64,000 nt of DNA from Tubiluchus corallicola (GCA_030141605.1 JAQGDQ010000184.1:310001-374000); one strand, 5' to 3'; positions 1 to 13,560 are shown, counted from the first letter of the stretch. Translations and numbers: made by a program. Notes: a model not told the origin generated them from the letters alone.

Positions 1-1409
1 AGAATCCTGCCGTAAGGATTCCAATGGAATCTGTATATTTATTAATCTAATTTCGCAAGGTATGTCAGCGGTGTCCTATAATTGGAGAATTATTCTATTT
101 GCAATTGGTATTATGTTGTTTTTTAGCTATGACATGAATGCCAAATTGCCAATACACCGCTAATTAAGGATTGGCGATTAGGCGTAATTATTTAACGTGC
201 AATAATAATGCCATTTATACTCGTTTTAACTAGTTTAATTAAGTTACTAAATTAAACAGTTTCGTCGAACGAATGACTAAAATGATTCGATTGTCTAAGG
301 GAAGCCAAAACAGCTAACAAGAATAAAAATTTCCTCGGAATTTTTTATTCAACGAAAACGGTCAAGAACATTTTTTCGATTCTAAGAAATTTTCCAGCTG
401 CAGCTTTTTGAAAATTAAATAAGTTTTAATAAATTATTCACGTACACTCGCTTATTTTCCATATGAGCTCGACGTCAAACGTTCTGTACAAATGACCACT
501 ATACCATAACCAGATTTCATCATGTGAGTGTATATCTGTAGTATTCTGAATAAATAACTCACTAAAATAAAATGTGTAGAAAAAATTAAGGGTTAGAATA
601 ATTGCCCTAATGTTAAAGTGGTAAATGTGCACCTTGTCAGAATTGGGTGAAGGCGGTGATCGTATCATCCAATAATGTACAATAGTTCGTAAAACTACTT
701 GTGACTTATGTGATGAACCCACTTGTCGAAATGTGTCTTTTTCATCAGATTACGAGAAACCTCGTGTGCTTCAGCTAGAAAAGGACAACACAAAAAATAC
801 GTCCTTTTTAAATGAAACTGGAGTTAAAGCGTTCCTCGGTCCATCCGAGAAAAGCGACACGTCTTTTCACAAATGTATTTTCATGAAAAGCACACATCAT
901 TGGTCCGAAAGCACGCGTGATATTGACGTGTCAGAAGTTGCAAAAAGACTAGTGTAGTTGCTACCCATCAGTAAACCCTGCCAGATGAAGCTTATGTGTA
1001 ATTTTCTCTCCTCTGAGTGTTAACTGCGGTATTACTGCAAAGCCAGGTGGAATTGATAATTATGTCTTGTAAAGCATGTGTGGGTAACTATTTGCTGGTT
1101 CATACATGTGTCGACATTCTTGTCTGTAATCAGGGTATTCTGGTGTACTTGGCTGGTATGTCTGGTAAAGTCACATTCTTTTCGTTACGTTTTATTTCCC
1201 ATGTTTACCACAGCGCAGTAAATTTTGATTTTCCACGTATTAGAAGTAAAAGCAATAACAACAGAAAAAGTGTCGAAATATTGTAAGATATAAAAAAAGC
1301 TACTCATCTGCCTAAGGGTTAGATCATCTGCCTAAGTCATTTTTGATGCTCTCTTACACTTCTCACAGCGCAGGCTGCGCCAGTGTTCAAAATAAACGGT
1401 GCTGCTGCT

Positions 1410-1580
1410 ACTGTTGTTGTAAACCTGTAGGCTATGTAGACATAGGAAGGCAGCCAGAATCCAATTTGAAGTGAAACCTGGCTCGAGAAATTCCAAATAA
1501 GTCACGTTTGATTTGTGTGAGATTTGAACCTAGAACCTCTGAAATGCATCCAAGCGCGATAACTACCACCACCGCCACTG
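1410..1580 (-). mobile_element. tRNA-derived SINE-like element (degenerate)
   Basis: The minus strand reads TGGCGGTGGTGGTAG (A-box-like), then about 35 nt later GGTTCAAATC (B-box; plus 1521-1530 gatttgaacc), then a non-tRNA body ending in a CAA/CAG-rich tail. There is no intact cloverleaf. Confidence 0.5.
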
Positions 1581-2144
1581 CTGCTGCCGCCGACGCCAGG
1601 CACTGCCTACATCATAAACCCGCTCACGCAGTTCGAACCTGAATACAAGAAGCTATTTATAGACATAAAATAATAAAAACGGTCACAGTCTAATGTTAGT
1701 CCTGCTTCAGTAAAACAAGTAAAATCTAATCTGTGTTAAGTGCACGATTAGTATTAAACACAGATGAGGCGAGCCATATGTCATAAAATGAATCGCACGA
1801 TCTTTTCTACCTATGAAGACGTTACACTCATGACGAAGGAACGTATACGGAATGACCATTGATGTGTTAAATTTTTATTAGTACTGACCAATAATGAATG
1901 TGGCGCTCTGTTTCATTAATCGCTGGTAGGCATAACGTAATGAATTGTTACATAGCACAATGAATTATATTAGAGCAGCTACATAAAGATTTCGTCTAGT
2001 TTTTCCTCACCCTGTCTCAATGTTCTGAGCCTACACCAACACACAATTTGGACGAATTAATAAAGGTGGTCTAACAAATTCGCTATATTAATAAGTAGAA
2101 TAATATGCAGACAAAAATTTTTAGAAAGCATGACTATCGTAAGC

Positions 2145-3705
2145 CAGGACCCTTCGGATCGATTGAGTGAAATAGGAATATTTAGTCTCATAAGAAGCTT
2201 GGATATAATACGTGATTTACAGGGGTGCTTATAGAAATATGTAGTTTTCAGGATACCCCTAAATGACCCTAAATGCTAATGACAAACATTTTAAGCGCCA
2301 GACGCCCGACGTGTTACGCAAAATTGGTACCTGGATCGAACATAAATGGATGAGAAGCCGGGTGAAATTAAATGTAAACGATAGCTTATAAATCCTGAAC
2401 CCAAAACATAATGATGACAGAAACTTAAGTGATGTTGAATATTGGCCAGACGCCTTAAAGCAGGACTGCCCTAAATTAGGACATGCAATTAATGTTGTGG
2501 CTACAATCTGTTTTACTTGTAAAAGATATGTAATCATCTTGAAGGTTGAAGTACGAAGTCTGTGATAACACATTGCAATTACTACATGGTGGCAGCCAGA
2601 TGCCCTAAACATCCCAAACTCGGAAGTCCTAGTTTTTGGATGAATCTTGCGAGTAGTCAGTACCACTTAAAAGAAAACTGGACGATTGTGTAAACATTAC
2701 TTCAGAATAAAGTATGCTCTAAAATATTTAAACCTACAATAGCTTTTTTTATATCAAAGCTTACATTAAATAATAATTACCTTGGATACTCAAATTTCTT
2801 TAAACTTTCAAAGCTAAGCGCTCCTCAGTGAATCTACTAAGATTGGCAACGGCGCTTTTTTGTCACGTTTGCGCGGCCGACAAATAGAGGCGATACCGTG
2901 ATAACCATGACCATGAACTGCAGTGTTAGTTTCTGATGTAGAGCACATTTTCGTGACAGCAAGTAGTAACACTTGCGCAAACGTTCTTGACGCGCAAGGG
3001 AAGATGCCTGTTACTGCACAAACTATGGTTAGTTTCTGACGTAAGCAATAGCTGTGTTCGGCCGCCGTTAATTAACTTTCTAAGCTAATTTACATCATTT
3101 ACATTTGATTTCAGCTAACATTTCATATTACTGGTAGATACCAGGTACCAATTGAGGTATCTGTTATTATATATTTCAGCCTTTAATGGATGATTACGTG
3201 TAATTAAATACAATTTACAATTAAATCAAATGGTAGCAGCTAAATAAGTTAGACGTTTTACTTTCAGACAGTATTACTTTTGGGCGTCTGGCAGGTAATT
3301 AATACGACTTAAATTGTCAGTCATCATTATATTTAGGAACCAAGAGTGTTAGGCCATCATTTACGCTTAATTTCAGGTAAAACCTCTAATGTTCGATTCA
3401 GGCCCCAATTTAATCCAACATTTAGAACATTAGGGTCTGGCAGGTAACTGTAATCACTTAAAATATCCGTCATTATCAATTACGAGCTTCATGGATCATA
3501 AGCTATAATATTTACTTTTAAGCAGCTGATATCTGATATCATCGACCTAGACCATATGGGGGGGGGGTCATTTAGGGTTACCTTAGAGACTACATATACC
3601 AGTGGCACCCCAACAGATGACCATACTTAAACATCACATATTATATCCAAGATTCTCGTGTGACCAAATATTTGCATCTCGCTCGGTGGACGAGAGTCTA
3701 ATAAC
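2145..3705. mobile_element. Foldback-type element: two long inverted arms built from ~150 bp subrepeats
   Basis: Left arm gagtgaaataggaatatttagtctcataagaagcttggatataatacgtgat...atatgtagttttcaggatacccctaaatgaccc (~2165-2270) matches the reverse complement of ~3560-3690 (gagcgagatgcaaatatttggtcacacgagaatcttggatataatatgtgat...atatgtagtctctaaggtaaccctaaatgaccc). The motif gccaga(c/t)gcc recurs at 2297, 2445 and 2595, and its complement near 3131, 3282 and 3432. Confidence 0.75.
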
Positions 3706-6700
3706 TTATATACAAATCAACTACTTATCCAGGTCTTGTTTCAAGAATTTCATGAATTTTTGATTGTATCTGAAATGTTACTTCACTGTGAAGTTTACGA
3801 ACAAAATTTAGAGATTGGCAATTACAGTTATGCAGGAACAGTGGAAAAAATCCAAGCGGAAGCCGTTTCACTCAAATTTGGTCATTAGCGCAGTAATGAA
3901 GGACATTAAAGAACGGTTCAAGTAAACGTTTCCTTAAAACATTCTAGACACTCGCAGCCTGTCGGAAGCACAAAAATTACATTCTGGAAACAAAATACGT
4001 TAGTGCGACTGGAGAGATGTTATTAGGTGCCAGTTAATGATATGACACTGTCGATGATTACACGCCTTGTAAAACATTCTACTCTGTATCAGGTGTTTTA
4101 AGGTAAAAGCCCAGACTCACCACCGTTTTTTCGCAAAGTTCAAGGAACATGTTCTGAAACGTTTTGCTCGATTTTGTAAAATAATCGACTAATTCAGTGA
4201 GAAATTAGACGATTTTACCTTTGCACTAATCGTTTTCTTGATCCTGCCACGCAATTATGTAATCAGCTAAACTAGTTTCAATCTAAACTATGACTTTTTC
4301 TCTAAAGGCTGTAAAGGTAATCACGGTCATCCAGTATTGCCGAATTGTTGTTCTGTCCATTATACTAACAACTATGGTTATTATGTTTGATACAGTAAAT
4401 GAAGTATTGTTCGCAAAACTTTAATATAGCAGCACTAGGAAGTAATGATCTGTTGAAGCTGTATTGTTTGGAAAAGATGACTTTAATTATGTTGTTAATT
4501 GTAAAATATTTCAATGTGTACATGACTTTACATTTCGTTCTATGAATCCTATCTCACATGAAAATCCTAAAACGTTCATACTCTAAAATTTTTAACTGTC
4601 GAGGTATTACCTATTATTAATGTAATCTTGTAATGAACTTCTCAGCTTGTGTAGATATAGTCAATATTTATTGTAAAAGTTTTGTAAATTGTGTATATAA
4701 TTTGTTACGGTGAGGATCTTAAATCATACTTTAAACTGTCTGATCCTATCCTAGGTTTAAACTAATTATGTAATCGTGCAACCGTTGCATGTTGACGTAA
4801 TTCGCAGTAAGTAAGACTGGCCACCTGCTTAGCACTTTGGACTCTCTAACTATTTTAAAAAATTTACAATTGACATGAGCCAAATGACAATTGGATGGCT
4901 GAGTCTAGAATTCGTCAGAATTTCAGTGGTATCAATCTTTCAGACTTGGTGTCGAGAACTGCGCCAGTTTGGCGCTCTCGAGTAAAATGTTTGCACAGAT
5001 CTGCCATTGCAAACCTGTTTCACGCATACATTTGAGCATACATTTAACTCTGCCTAAATGTCAAAGTATGTAATTTGCCTAAACTAGTTTTGGATTCATT
5101 CCCAATTAGCCGTGCAATATAGACTTACACATAGGCTTTCTTCTCAGAAGGTATATATAGTTGTAATCTTTCCAAAAAAGTTTTAGTTAGCTTGTTGTAC
5201 ACACCCCTGAATCATGTTACTCCACCTCTTCATTATCGAGGATAATCCTGGGCAAGAACTGTATGACTGTATGTAGTTGTTACATTGAATTTAGTCTTAT
5301 AATCGTAGCTCTTTTCACTCATGTTCATTTACATGTAACACTCTCATAACCTAACAATGGCTTCCATTAATGATATAATTGTTGTATTTTGTCTAATACC
5401 AATCATTGCAAATACCATAAAGCTGAGATGTGTATGTTAAATTATTGAATAATTCTTTAAATCTGTCGTTCTTGGTTTTTGTTGGTAGTAAACAGTATAA
5501 TCTCGCTATCAACAAATTTCAATTCGTATACATTGCCCGCCTCGCGAAATACGGATGTAAGCGTAAAATAGGCTTTTCAGTCGCTCAATAATCGCTTTCT
5601 CATATATATATATATCTAAAATTACGACATTTTACAAACAGCTTAAATGTTAAAATTAAATATATTAAAATAACAAATAAAAACTAACAAATTCTATTCC
5701 GCGTTCGCGACACTTGGCTTCATAAATGTACTCCAGCGATTTTGATTTACACCTACACGCTCTTTTCTACATAATAAGCATGCAGCGTACAAAGCATCAA
5801 ACTTCTTTTGATGTTAAAAGATGCTGTTTAAGAGCTATTGCTATAATTTTACTGTAGTAGTGTATGAAGTAAATACAGTGCTGAGTAAGAGTTTACTACA
5901 AGATCGACGCTTTAATCAATTAGCTTTAATGGAAAATGAAAATCAAATTACTTTTATAAGAGTGACAAGAGCTAATTGAAATCGGAGCTACTTCTTCAAG
6001 GCCCATTTTGCAGAAAAGAATACACATTCCCAGATAGGAGCTAGGCAAACTAGTTTGGTAATGTTTTAAATGCAATTACGACGGTGGCTTGCAAAATTTT
6101 GATATAATTATAAATTGTTGAGCGCGAAACGCAAGCAAGATTATCGTGAACTAGAATAAGTAAGATTAAATTTCAAGCGCCCATACATTGTGAGCCTCCT
6201 ACCTGTGGGAATTGAGATTTTCAGTACGTTGCTAAAATAATTGTGACATATACGTTTTTACCAATTTTCGTGTGGACATTCATAGATACCTATAGGACGT
6301 AGATATACTACACTGTGGTTTCGAAGTTATACTGAGGAAGCTCAGGAGGCACCTTGCGTAAAATGTAAGATAGATCCACCAGATATTCGGATTATGACTG
6401 CACGCAATGCCTCCATGACAGTAAGTGGGATAAAAACGTAAAACCTCATTTGACCTAGGGATTTTTTCTGCTTTTATAGAAGCTAAAATATGGGAGAAGC
6501 CAGTTTTATCAACGATCAGGGACGATCGCAAAAATGCTCCACTAGCCAAAGTGGAAGATTTAAAATAGTTAATATTTCCTCCTGCAAAATTCGTCTGTTT
6601 CCGGATTAGATCATGCATTTGAAAAACAAGCTGTCAATGATTAACCGTCAATTCTTATCTTAACTCTATGTCCCTGCAAGCTTGTCAACTTTATCTGAGC

Positions 6701-7734
6701 TTGGCATCAGTTGCTCGTGCCCGATGAATCAACAAGTTGACAGTCAATTATTTTACTCCTTCAGCGCGTGTGGACAAGGTTGTTGAAATGCAGCTAGCAG
6801 GAGAAGTCAGAAGATCTCTGATGTGAACTGACGGTTCGCCTAAGTAACTGATTTCTGCCCGTCGAAGAAGAAATCAGCGGGCATTACATCGGATTTCTTG
6901 AGGATTTACATCGGGAGATTACTGTAATATTACACAGTTAATGAACCTCTTTGATAACATGCTGCAGCTGGGTTTCCAAGTAAAATTTTATACATTAGAC
7001 CAGCTCAGTAGAACTGAACTGTTTATTTTCGCATTCGTCGACAAACGTTACTTCAGTGAAGTCTTTAGCTGAATTTCAAAGGGCCCTTTTAATATCTGTG
7101 TTCTGCTCAAGGTGATAAGAAAATCGATTTTTTCCAGGTGTGTTTTCGGTGAAAAGGGGTACAAAAGTGCATACAACAATTGGAATCCCAGAAGATTGTA
7201 TGTTATGGGAAATTTGTATACGAAAATGTGACGAGTTCTATAGAAGTTAGAGAGTGTTAAGAAATAACAGACCTGCTGGATTAAAAAGTTATCACAAGTA
7301 GATATATGTTTTCTTATTTTTCTAATTTTCTAAGTTATTTTCTTCTAATTGTTATTAGCTTTCACAAGAAGTTAAACAGTAACTAAGTTCTTGAAGAAAC
7401 GAGTCGCAACATTAGTCTATCTGAGACAGTTATGCGATCATACCACAGTCAGTTAATTTCAGTTAGAGCTATGAATGGTGACACTTAGTATCAGATATTA
7501 GGATGAGTGTTGCTTTAATCAAAATTAAATACTCTTTTGGTCGATTCCTTACGAGTTTTTTTCCGTAGTAGGAAAGTCAATCATTTCTTGAAACCCTTGA
7601 GTTCCGTGCTCTCGAGTGACTCCGTACTATAATAAACATCTATGGTAATCATCTGCGTCACCCCCAGGGATTCACCAGCTTGCAGGCGGCAAAACAGTTA
7701 CGCGGAGGAGAAACCATAGCGACACAGCTTCTGC

Positions 7735-8010
7735 TAGTTAGTTAGTTAGATTTATTTGACTGATAAAGAAATACAATAAATATACAATCATGGGAGATGG
7801 TCACAGCAGAATCAGTCCATAAAAATTACGTACGAAGTGTACAAATACTTTCTGCAAAACTTCACTTATTATACTATGAAAATTACATGTAACTCAGTTT
7901 TATAAATTTTTCTGCAGCGTGAATTATTATATGAAAATTCAGACGCTATTATCATAAATACTTAACGCTTCTTTTATAAATTCGCACACGAACTTAGCAT
8001 TATAATATCT
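7735..8010 (-). mobile_element. Possible degenerate non-LTR retroelement 3' end
   Basis: The minus strand gives a short ORF tail NAKFVCEFIKEALSIYDNSV*, then an AT-rich UTR ending AAATAAAT plus a short (CTAA)n tail. No diagnostic RT motif. Confidence 0.3.
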
Positions 8011-8024
8011 GTTTCAAATTGAAA

Positions 8025-8368
8025 GACCTGTGTAACTGGAAAAAGAAAATTCTCAATAATTTAAAATTACCGTTGGCGCCGATCAGTAAAATGTTACTGG
8101 TTCACTGAAAACATACCATTAATCTTATTGACAAGATAAGGTAATTTAATTATTTTGCTTAGTTAGTGATGTGTGCGACACAGATGATCTGATTATTTTT
8201 TCAAACTTTACGGAATGTTATCTGAACATAAAAATGTTGGCGCCTAACTGTCAGTTCCGGAGTTTAAATTTACAAATTTTTTACAGCGTTACTGTTAACG
8301 GAAGATCTGTGTGCAGTATGAAAGCATGTAGGTGATTTCAAGACGATTTTTTTCGTCTTCTTGTCCTT
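8025..8368 (+). mobile_element. Kolobok-like MITE family, partial copy
   Basis: Shares blocks with 17400-17840 and 18965-19269 (ctgattattttttcaaacttta, ggagtttaaatt, atttcaagacga) and ends in ttcttgtcctt, the complement of the aaggacaagaa terminus at 17144. Confidence 0.65.
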
Positions 8369-9030
8369 GGGACTAGATTAAGAGTAAAAAGCACTAAGAT
8401 TAATCCGCCATGGTCTGCACGAAAGCATGATGAAGAGCTGATAGAAGTAGACCTGTGGCAAAAGGGTCTCTCATAAAGTTGTAAATGGGATTGGCAGTGT
8501 TTATCTCATTTTAAGTACGTTCCATTTTTCCAATATCACCTTACGAATACTTTCGGAAGTATCAAAATTCGCGTCTATCTACAGTAACTTGGTTTACTGG
8601 TCCTTCAATCAACTGAGCTCTAACTAGAATAAGAAAAAAACAAGACGGAGGATTCCATTCTAGGGCGAGTGCCGTTGTGGTTATACGTCTGTTTGGGGCC
8701 ACAATTAGGCCGTAAAACTTACAGAATCACATTAATTTTTGCAGTAGCAACGTACTTTTCAGTCCATGTAGAGATTCCTGGGTTAACAGTTTGGCATATG
8801 GTACTGGTTAAAACATGAGAGATGTGATGAGTTTCCAGTTCAGCTAGCTATGTTGAAAGCTAGTTGAAGCCCACCCAGTTCATGGAGGTCTTGATCACAT
8901 GAGGGGGAAATGTGACGATTAATGTGTATTTCGAATGCTTATGCTTCTACATTTATCTAGAATGACGTTTACCTTTTTCTTTCTTCCGTTTTTTTGTTAA
9001 TGAGAAGATAATGCTGTTTCACGAATGTCT

Positions 9031-9260
9031 TTATTCGTTCGTGCATTTGTTCGCTTTTTCTTGTTTCATTTACTTCATTCATTAATTGAATGAATGAAAG
9101 AATGAATGCATGAATGACTGAATGAAAAAATTATTGTGCGAAAGAATGAATAAATCAAAATGAACGAATGGATGAACGAATGAATGAATGAATGAGTGAG
9201 TGAACGAACGAACGAACGAACGAACGAACGAATGAATGAAAAACGAGAAGACGAACGATC
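9031..9260. repeat. Compound (TTCR)n / (GAAT)n(GAAC)n tetranucleotide microsatellite
   Basis: Degenerate ttcg/ttca units at 9031-9080 are followed by gaat/gagt/gaac arrays at 9087-9260. This explains ORFs 9075..9404 and 9082..9339. Confidence 0.9.
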
Positions 9261-10206
9261 GCAATATCCATAGGTGTAAGAAGCAATCGTAAGTAACTGG
9301 AGAAGGAAGATCAGACAGGAGTTGATATTCAACAGACACGTGGACAGGTGCAGGAAAGACAGAATTAATGAAGAGGGAAATCTAAACGGATGGAAGTCAG
9401 ACATCCATGCGAACTAAAGCAAGTAGGAAAAATGGAGACAAAAGCAAGGAAGATACGCACAGTAAGTGCTAGTTTATGAACAAGTTCGTTCGAACGAAGA
9501 CAACATTTTGACCACCAGATGAGTCAATAATCATCATTGCCGAGTTAAAACCGCTTAAAATTGTGTATTGTAGTCCTAGTCTATAATAACTCAAGCGGAA
9601 TAAGAAATTATTATCCATTTTACCCATATTATTTCTTTGAGGAACTCTTTGTTATAGCAAAAAAAAAAAACTTTCAGCGTCATACTTTAGCGCATAAGCT
9701 TCGAATGTGCTACCATCTATCACTCTTACAAGGAAAAAACGTTAGTCACCTTGAGCGAAGTTGTTTACCGAATTATAGATGCAGCTGGCAACCCACGTGT
9801 GTGATTTCCGTTAATGATTAAATCAGACAATCTGAATTAATGTGCGCTCATTACGAAAGCGCTTGTATTGACTATCCTGTCCCTAATGGGCACACTGTTT
9901 GTGTTGGAAATCTAATAACCCTGCCAAGAATCATGTTAACGCTGATGCCAAACTGAATGTTAATGACTTGTTTCGCTTTCAGTGCTCATCAATGCAACTT
10001 GGCGAACATCTTGTACTGCTCAAAACATCATTTGTCTTCATAATTAGACTTTCCGCGCTAAACTTATTACCATTTCATCAGCTTTAAGTATTCGAAAGAA
10101 AGATAGGCTACAACTTGCTGAGTTACAGGATGGCAGCTGCTAGCGACGCGAAGAACCGGTATTCGCAAAACCCAACAAATCGGCAGCTGATGAATTACCG
10201 AATTAC

Positions 10207-10207
<1 letters not shown>

Positions 10208-10240
<33 letters not shown>
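10208..10240. repeat. (TA)n microsatellite
   Basis: Direct read. It lies next to a small hairpin acagtc-aaa-gactgt (10301-10315) that may mark a decayed LINE 3' end on the minus strand. Confidence 0.9.
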
Positions 10241-10244
<4 letters not shown>

Positions 10245-13200
10245 GTTATACACATTTACAGGTATGATATGATAAAATACATGAAAATGTTATATGTATA
10301 ACAGTCAAAGACTGTTGTAGGCAATGGCGTTACACTGAAAAAAATTACAAAAGTTAATTTTTAAAAGAGAATAAAAGAGATAAAATTTACATATTTACAT
10401 GGCGTAAAATCAAAATTAAATTACAAATAATAACTTCACAAATTCACATCGATAACATTTAAAAATTACTTTTAACCCAATTAATATGTATTTATTACAG
10501 TGGGCTTTATTTTTATTTCGATTATTAGATGGAACTTACTTTATACTACTAATAATACATATACATATATAATCATAGTTTTTAGCTATTTTATCATTTT
10601 TGTAAGGGGGCGTCTGATAATTTTCGAGTAGTGTATCTAAACAAACATGCATAAGTTTTGTATTCTACAGCTTCATCGGCTTAAAATTGGCACTGATGAG
10701 GTAGAGAACGGCTTCGTAACTACCGTAATATGCTACAAACAGCGCTAATGTAATCATTGCAAATGACTTCTATAATAGGATTGGTTCAGGTGCTGACTGA
10801 TAAGACTGCGCAAATATTGCAGTGTGACTCGAATTACCTGCATGTATTAAGCGCATTTACATTTTACAACACCGAAGAGCAAACTCTGACGAACGTAAAA
10901 TAAGATTCCTTGACTTTTAATATCGTTAATGGCTTTTGCGCTTGATTAGACTTCAGTCCAATTATTTCTCCGAATAAAAGCACATTTCAACAGGCTTGAT
11001 ATTCGCAAGCTGAATTTTCTCCGTGCATGCAATACTGCGTGGCCAACTTAATAAGATGCGATATTTATAAAATGGAAACTGTGCGGTTAGCATTTCGTTA
11101 CAGGCATGATACGCAGGCTAACTACTTTACAAGATGAACCAATAGCTTACGCATGTGCTTATAAATTAAAGTCGTAATAAAAAAAGACTGAAAGAAATTA
11201 TTGTGATAAATTACAAGTAGACTAGAAGAAAATACCGAAAAGGTTCTTCTACAAAGTGCAAGGGGCGTTTTTTCCCCAAAAGTGGGCAACATAGTCACCA
11301 GTCTTATCAATTTGACTATGCTAACTAAGAAAAAAACTGTTGCCAGCTTGAAAATTAGCGGAAAAGGGACACCACCATAAAAAAACAAAACGGCGGCCAA
11401 GTTTTTGCGCGTATAGTGTTTTTCATCTAGTAAGGTCTACCTTACCGAATATCAATGAGCCAGATATAAAATATCACATATCGCTACCACTGAAGTGACA
11501 ACATCTACCAATGTTTTTTGAAAGACGTGTATCTGTAGATAACGAAAACATTGGTAGATTCTGTCCATTCAGGTGGTACCAATATTTGGTCTGTCTCATG
11601 GACTAAATTACATTCCAGTATTTACTTGGTCTAAAACGGGTGAATGAGCAGAACAACAACTACACCAGCAGCTACAGCTCCGTAGCAAAAAATTGCCAAG
11701 AAAGTCAGCAACAACACCAGCAGCAGAAACTGGAGCCATTAAAAAGACCCGTCCCTGAACACCATAAGCACCGTTGCCACGCTTCCAAAACACTAACCCC
11801 TCATGGAGTTAAAGTTTGTTTAAATCTATCTATGAGCACTGAACAGGTATAGTATTAGCCTCGTGAAAACATCGTCGTCGCTGTTAAAGTATTTAGAGAT
11901 AATTCGGTATATTTAAAATTCTATAGCTCACCCAGAGAGGCAGTGAAACGTTATTTGCAGTGCGATTTATGGTAGGCGCTGATATGAATTTATCATTTTA
12001 AGTCCGTAAGGAGCACCAACTTTGAAAAGCGAATGTAATGGCTTCTAAAGAAATTTTAGTATTTTTGTTTCTGCGAAGGCAGGGTAATGTTACACATAAT
12101 GTTAAGCTAAGCGGAGGTGGAAAAAAGTATCGGTAATATTCCCACATTAGCACATATACTTATGAGCTGCTACAGCGCTGTTACAGAAGTGTAAAAATAA
12201 TAGAATTACGCACGTTCTCAACTTGAGTAAAACTTCTTAAAAAGTTGATATACAGTAATCATCTATCTTCATTAAGATATAATTTTTAACACATCCTACA
12301 GTAAAACAAAACATCAACTATCATCTTTATTTTAATGTATTAATAAACAAGTTTTATATAAGCCTAAATTGTTTGAAGTTAAAATTTTAAGTATATGATT
12401 AAACGCGAGAAAATTCGTGAAAATCAGGTAAGAGAGCGTTGGGCAGTTTATCACTTTGCCATGATTCGATCTGCATAGAAGATTAGATGTTGTCCCAGCT
12501 AGCTACACCACAGAGAAAAATTTCTTTACCCTAACTGTTACTATAACTTCATTATAAGTTCCAAGTTTAAAAATTGCCATTTAGAATTACATGACACGGT
12601 CTAGACCCATGAAGTTCTCAAAAATTAGGTTACATCAGTCGTGAAACCCATATTTGTAACTCTGGTTTTTATACATATTAAATTTTTATTTGCTAATTTC
12701 GATACGGATAAAAACAATAAATATTCCAAATTCATGCTGCAGTGACAATGGTTAAAAACTCACACTGCTTAATGGCAAATCATACTAATTGCACAAGAGT
12801 GCAAGTTAAAGCATTAAAGTATAACTGCATGTAATATTAAAAAAAATACACATAAAGGTTCATCGCCAAAACTTTTATACAATGTTAGTTCTCTTAAATA
12901 ATCAAAAATATAATCCACTTGGTAGGATAATACAGTTTATTGTAACTCTCAATGTTAAAGATTAATCAGTGAAATATTGCTAGATTTGACAAAATCGTCC
13001 ATGACAAAACGAAGTTACAATTTTTCTGGCTAAATCAATTTAGTCAAATAAAAAATGAAATTTCCAAGGGCAAATCTTTGATGAATCGTCGAAGGCTAGT
13101 AATGAACGCCATTCCTTGGGGACGATGAATTATTATCAGAAAGATGAAGTGCGACTTTTAGTGCTCTAGTGCACTTAATTTAAACGTAATTTTACTTTGC

Positions 13201-13349
13201 CAGAAAGCTTTATAACTTATACGTGGGCTTCCTATTTAACTGCTGTAATAATGTCAGTAAGCAACGATATTATGCTATTTCACTGCATATGTGTACATGC
13301 AATAATTTATTTTACTATTGTTTTAAGCGCTAATCATTAAGTAGATTAC

Positions 13350-13560
13350 ATTGCAACGGCAACAATCAAACAACAGCAAAACCTGGAGCAGAATTTGCAA
13401 TTTTATTTGTCGGCAACAAAGCACAACAAACAATGACGACGGCAAGTAACGGCAACCGCAACAACAACAACACCAGCAGCGGCAGCAGTAGTAGCAACAA
13501 CGACGATGATAACGACAATAGTATAAACAACAGCAACAGAAATAATAATACCAGCGACTC
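13350..13560. repeat. Degenerate (CAA/CAG)n low-complexity tract
   Basis: Runs of caa, cag and cga; produces the Cys/Tyr-rich pseudo-ORF 13323..13562. Confidence 0.85.

Noticed and set aside
1305-1337. Short local duplications and palindromes (tcatctgcctaag x2; also 30967-31005, 43745-43798, 52405-52447)
   Set aside because: Isolated slippage-scale features with no supporting context.
1500-1640. Functional tRNA gene
   Set aside because: A B-box is present but the acceptor and anticodon stems do not pair; treated as SINE-like.
11640-11852. Gln-rich 70 aa ORF ending near a cag|gtatag donor-like site
   Set aside because: Non-ATG start, CAA/CAG low complexity, no good acceptor and no recognisable domain.
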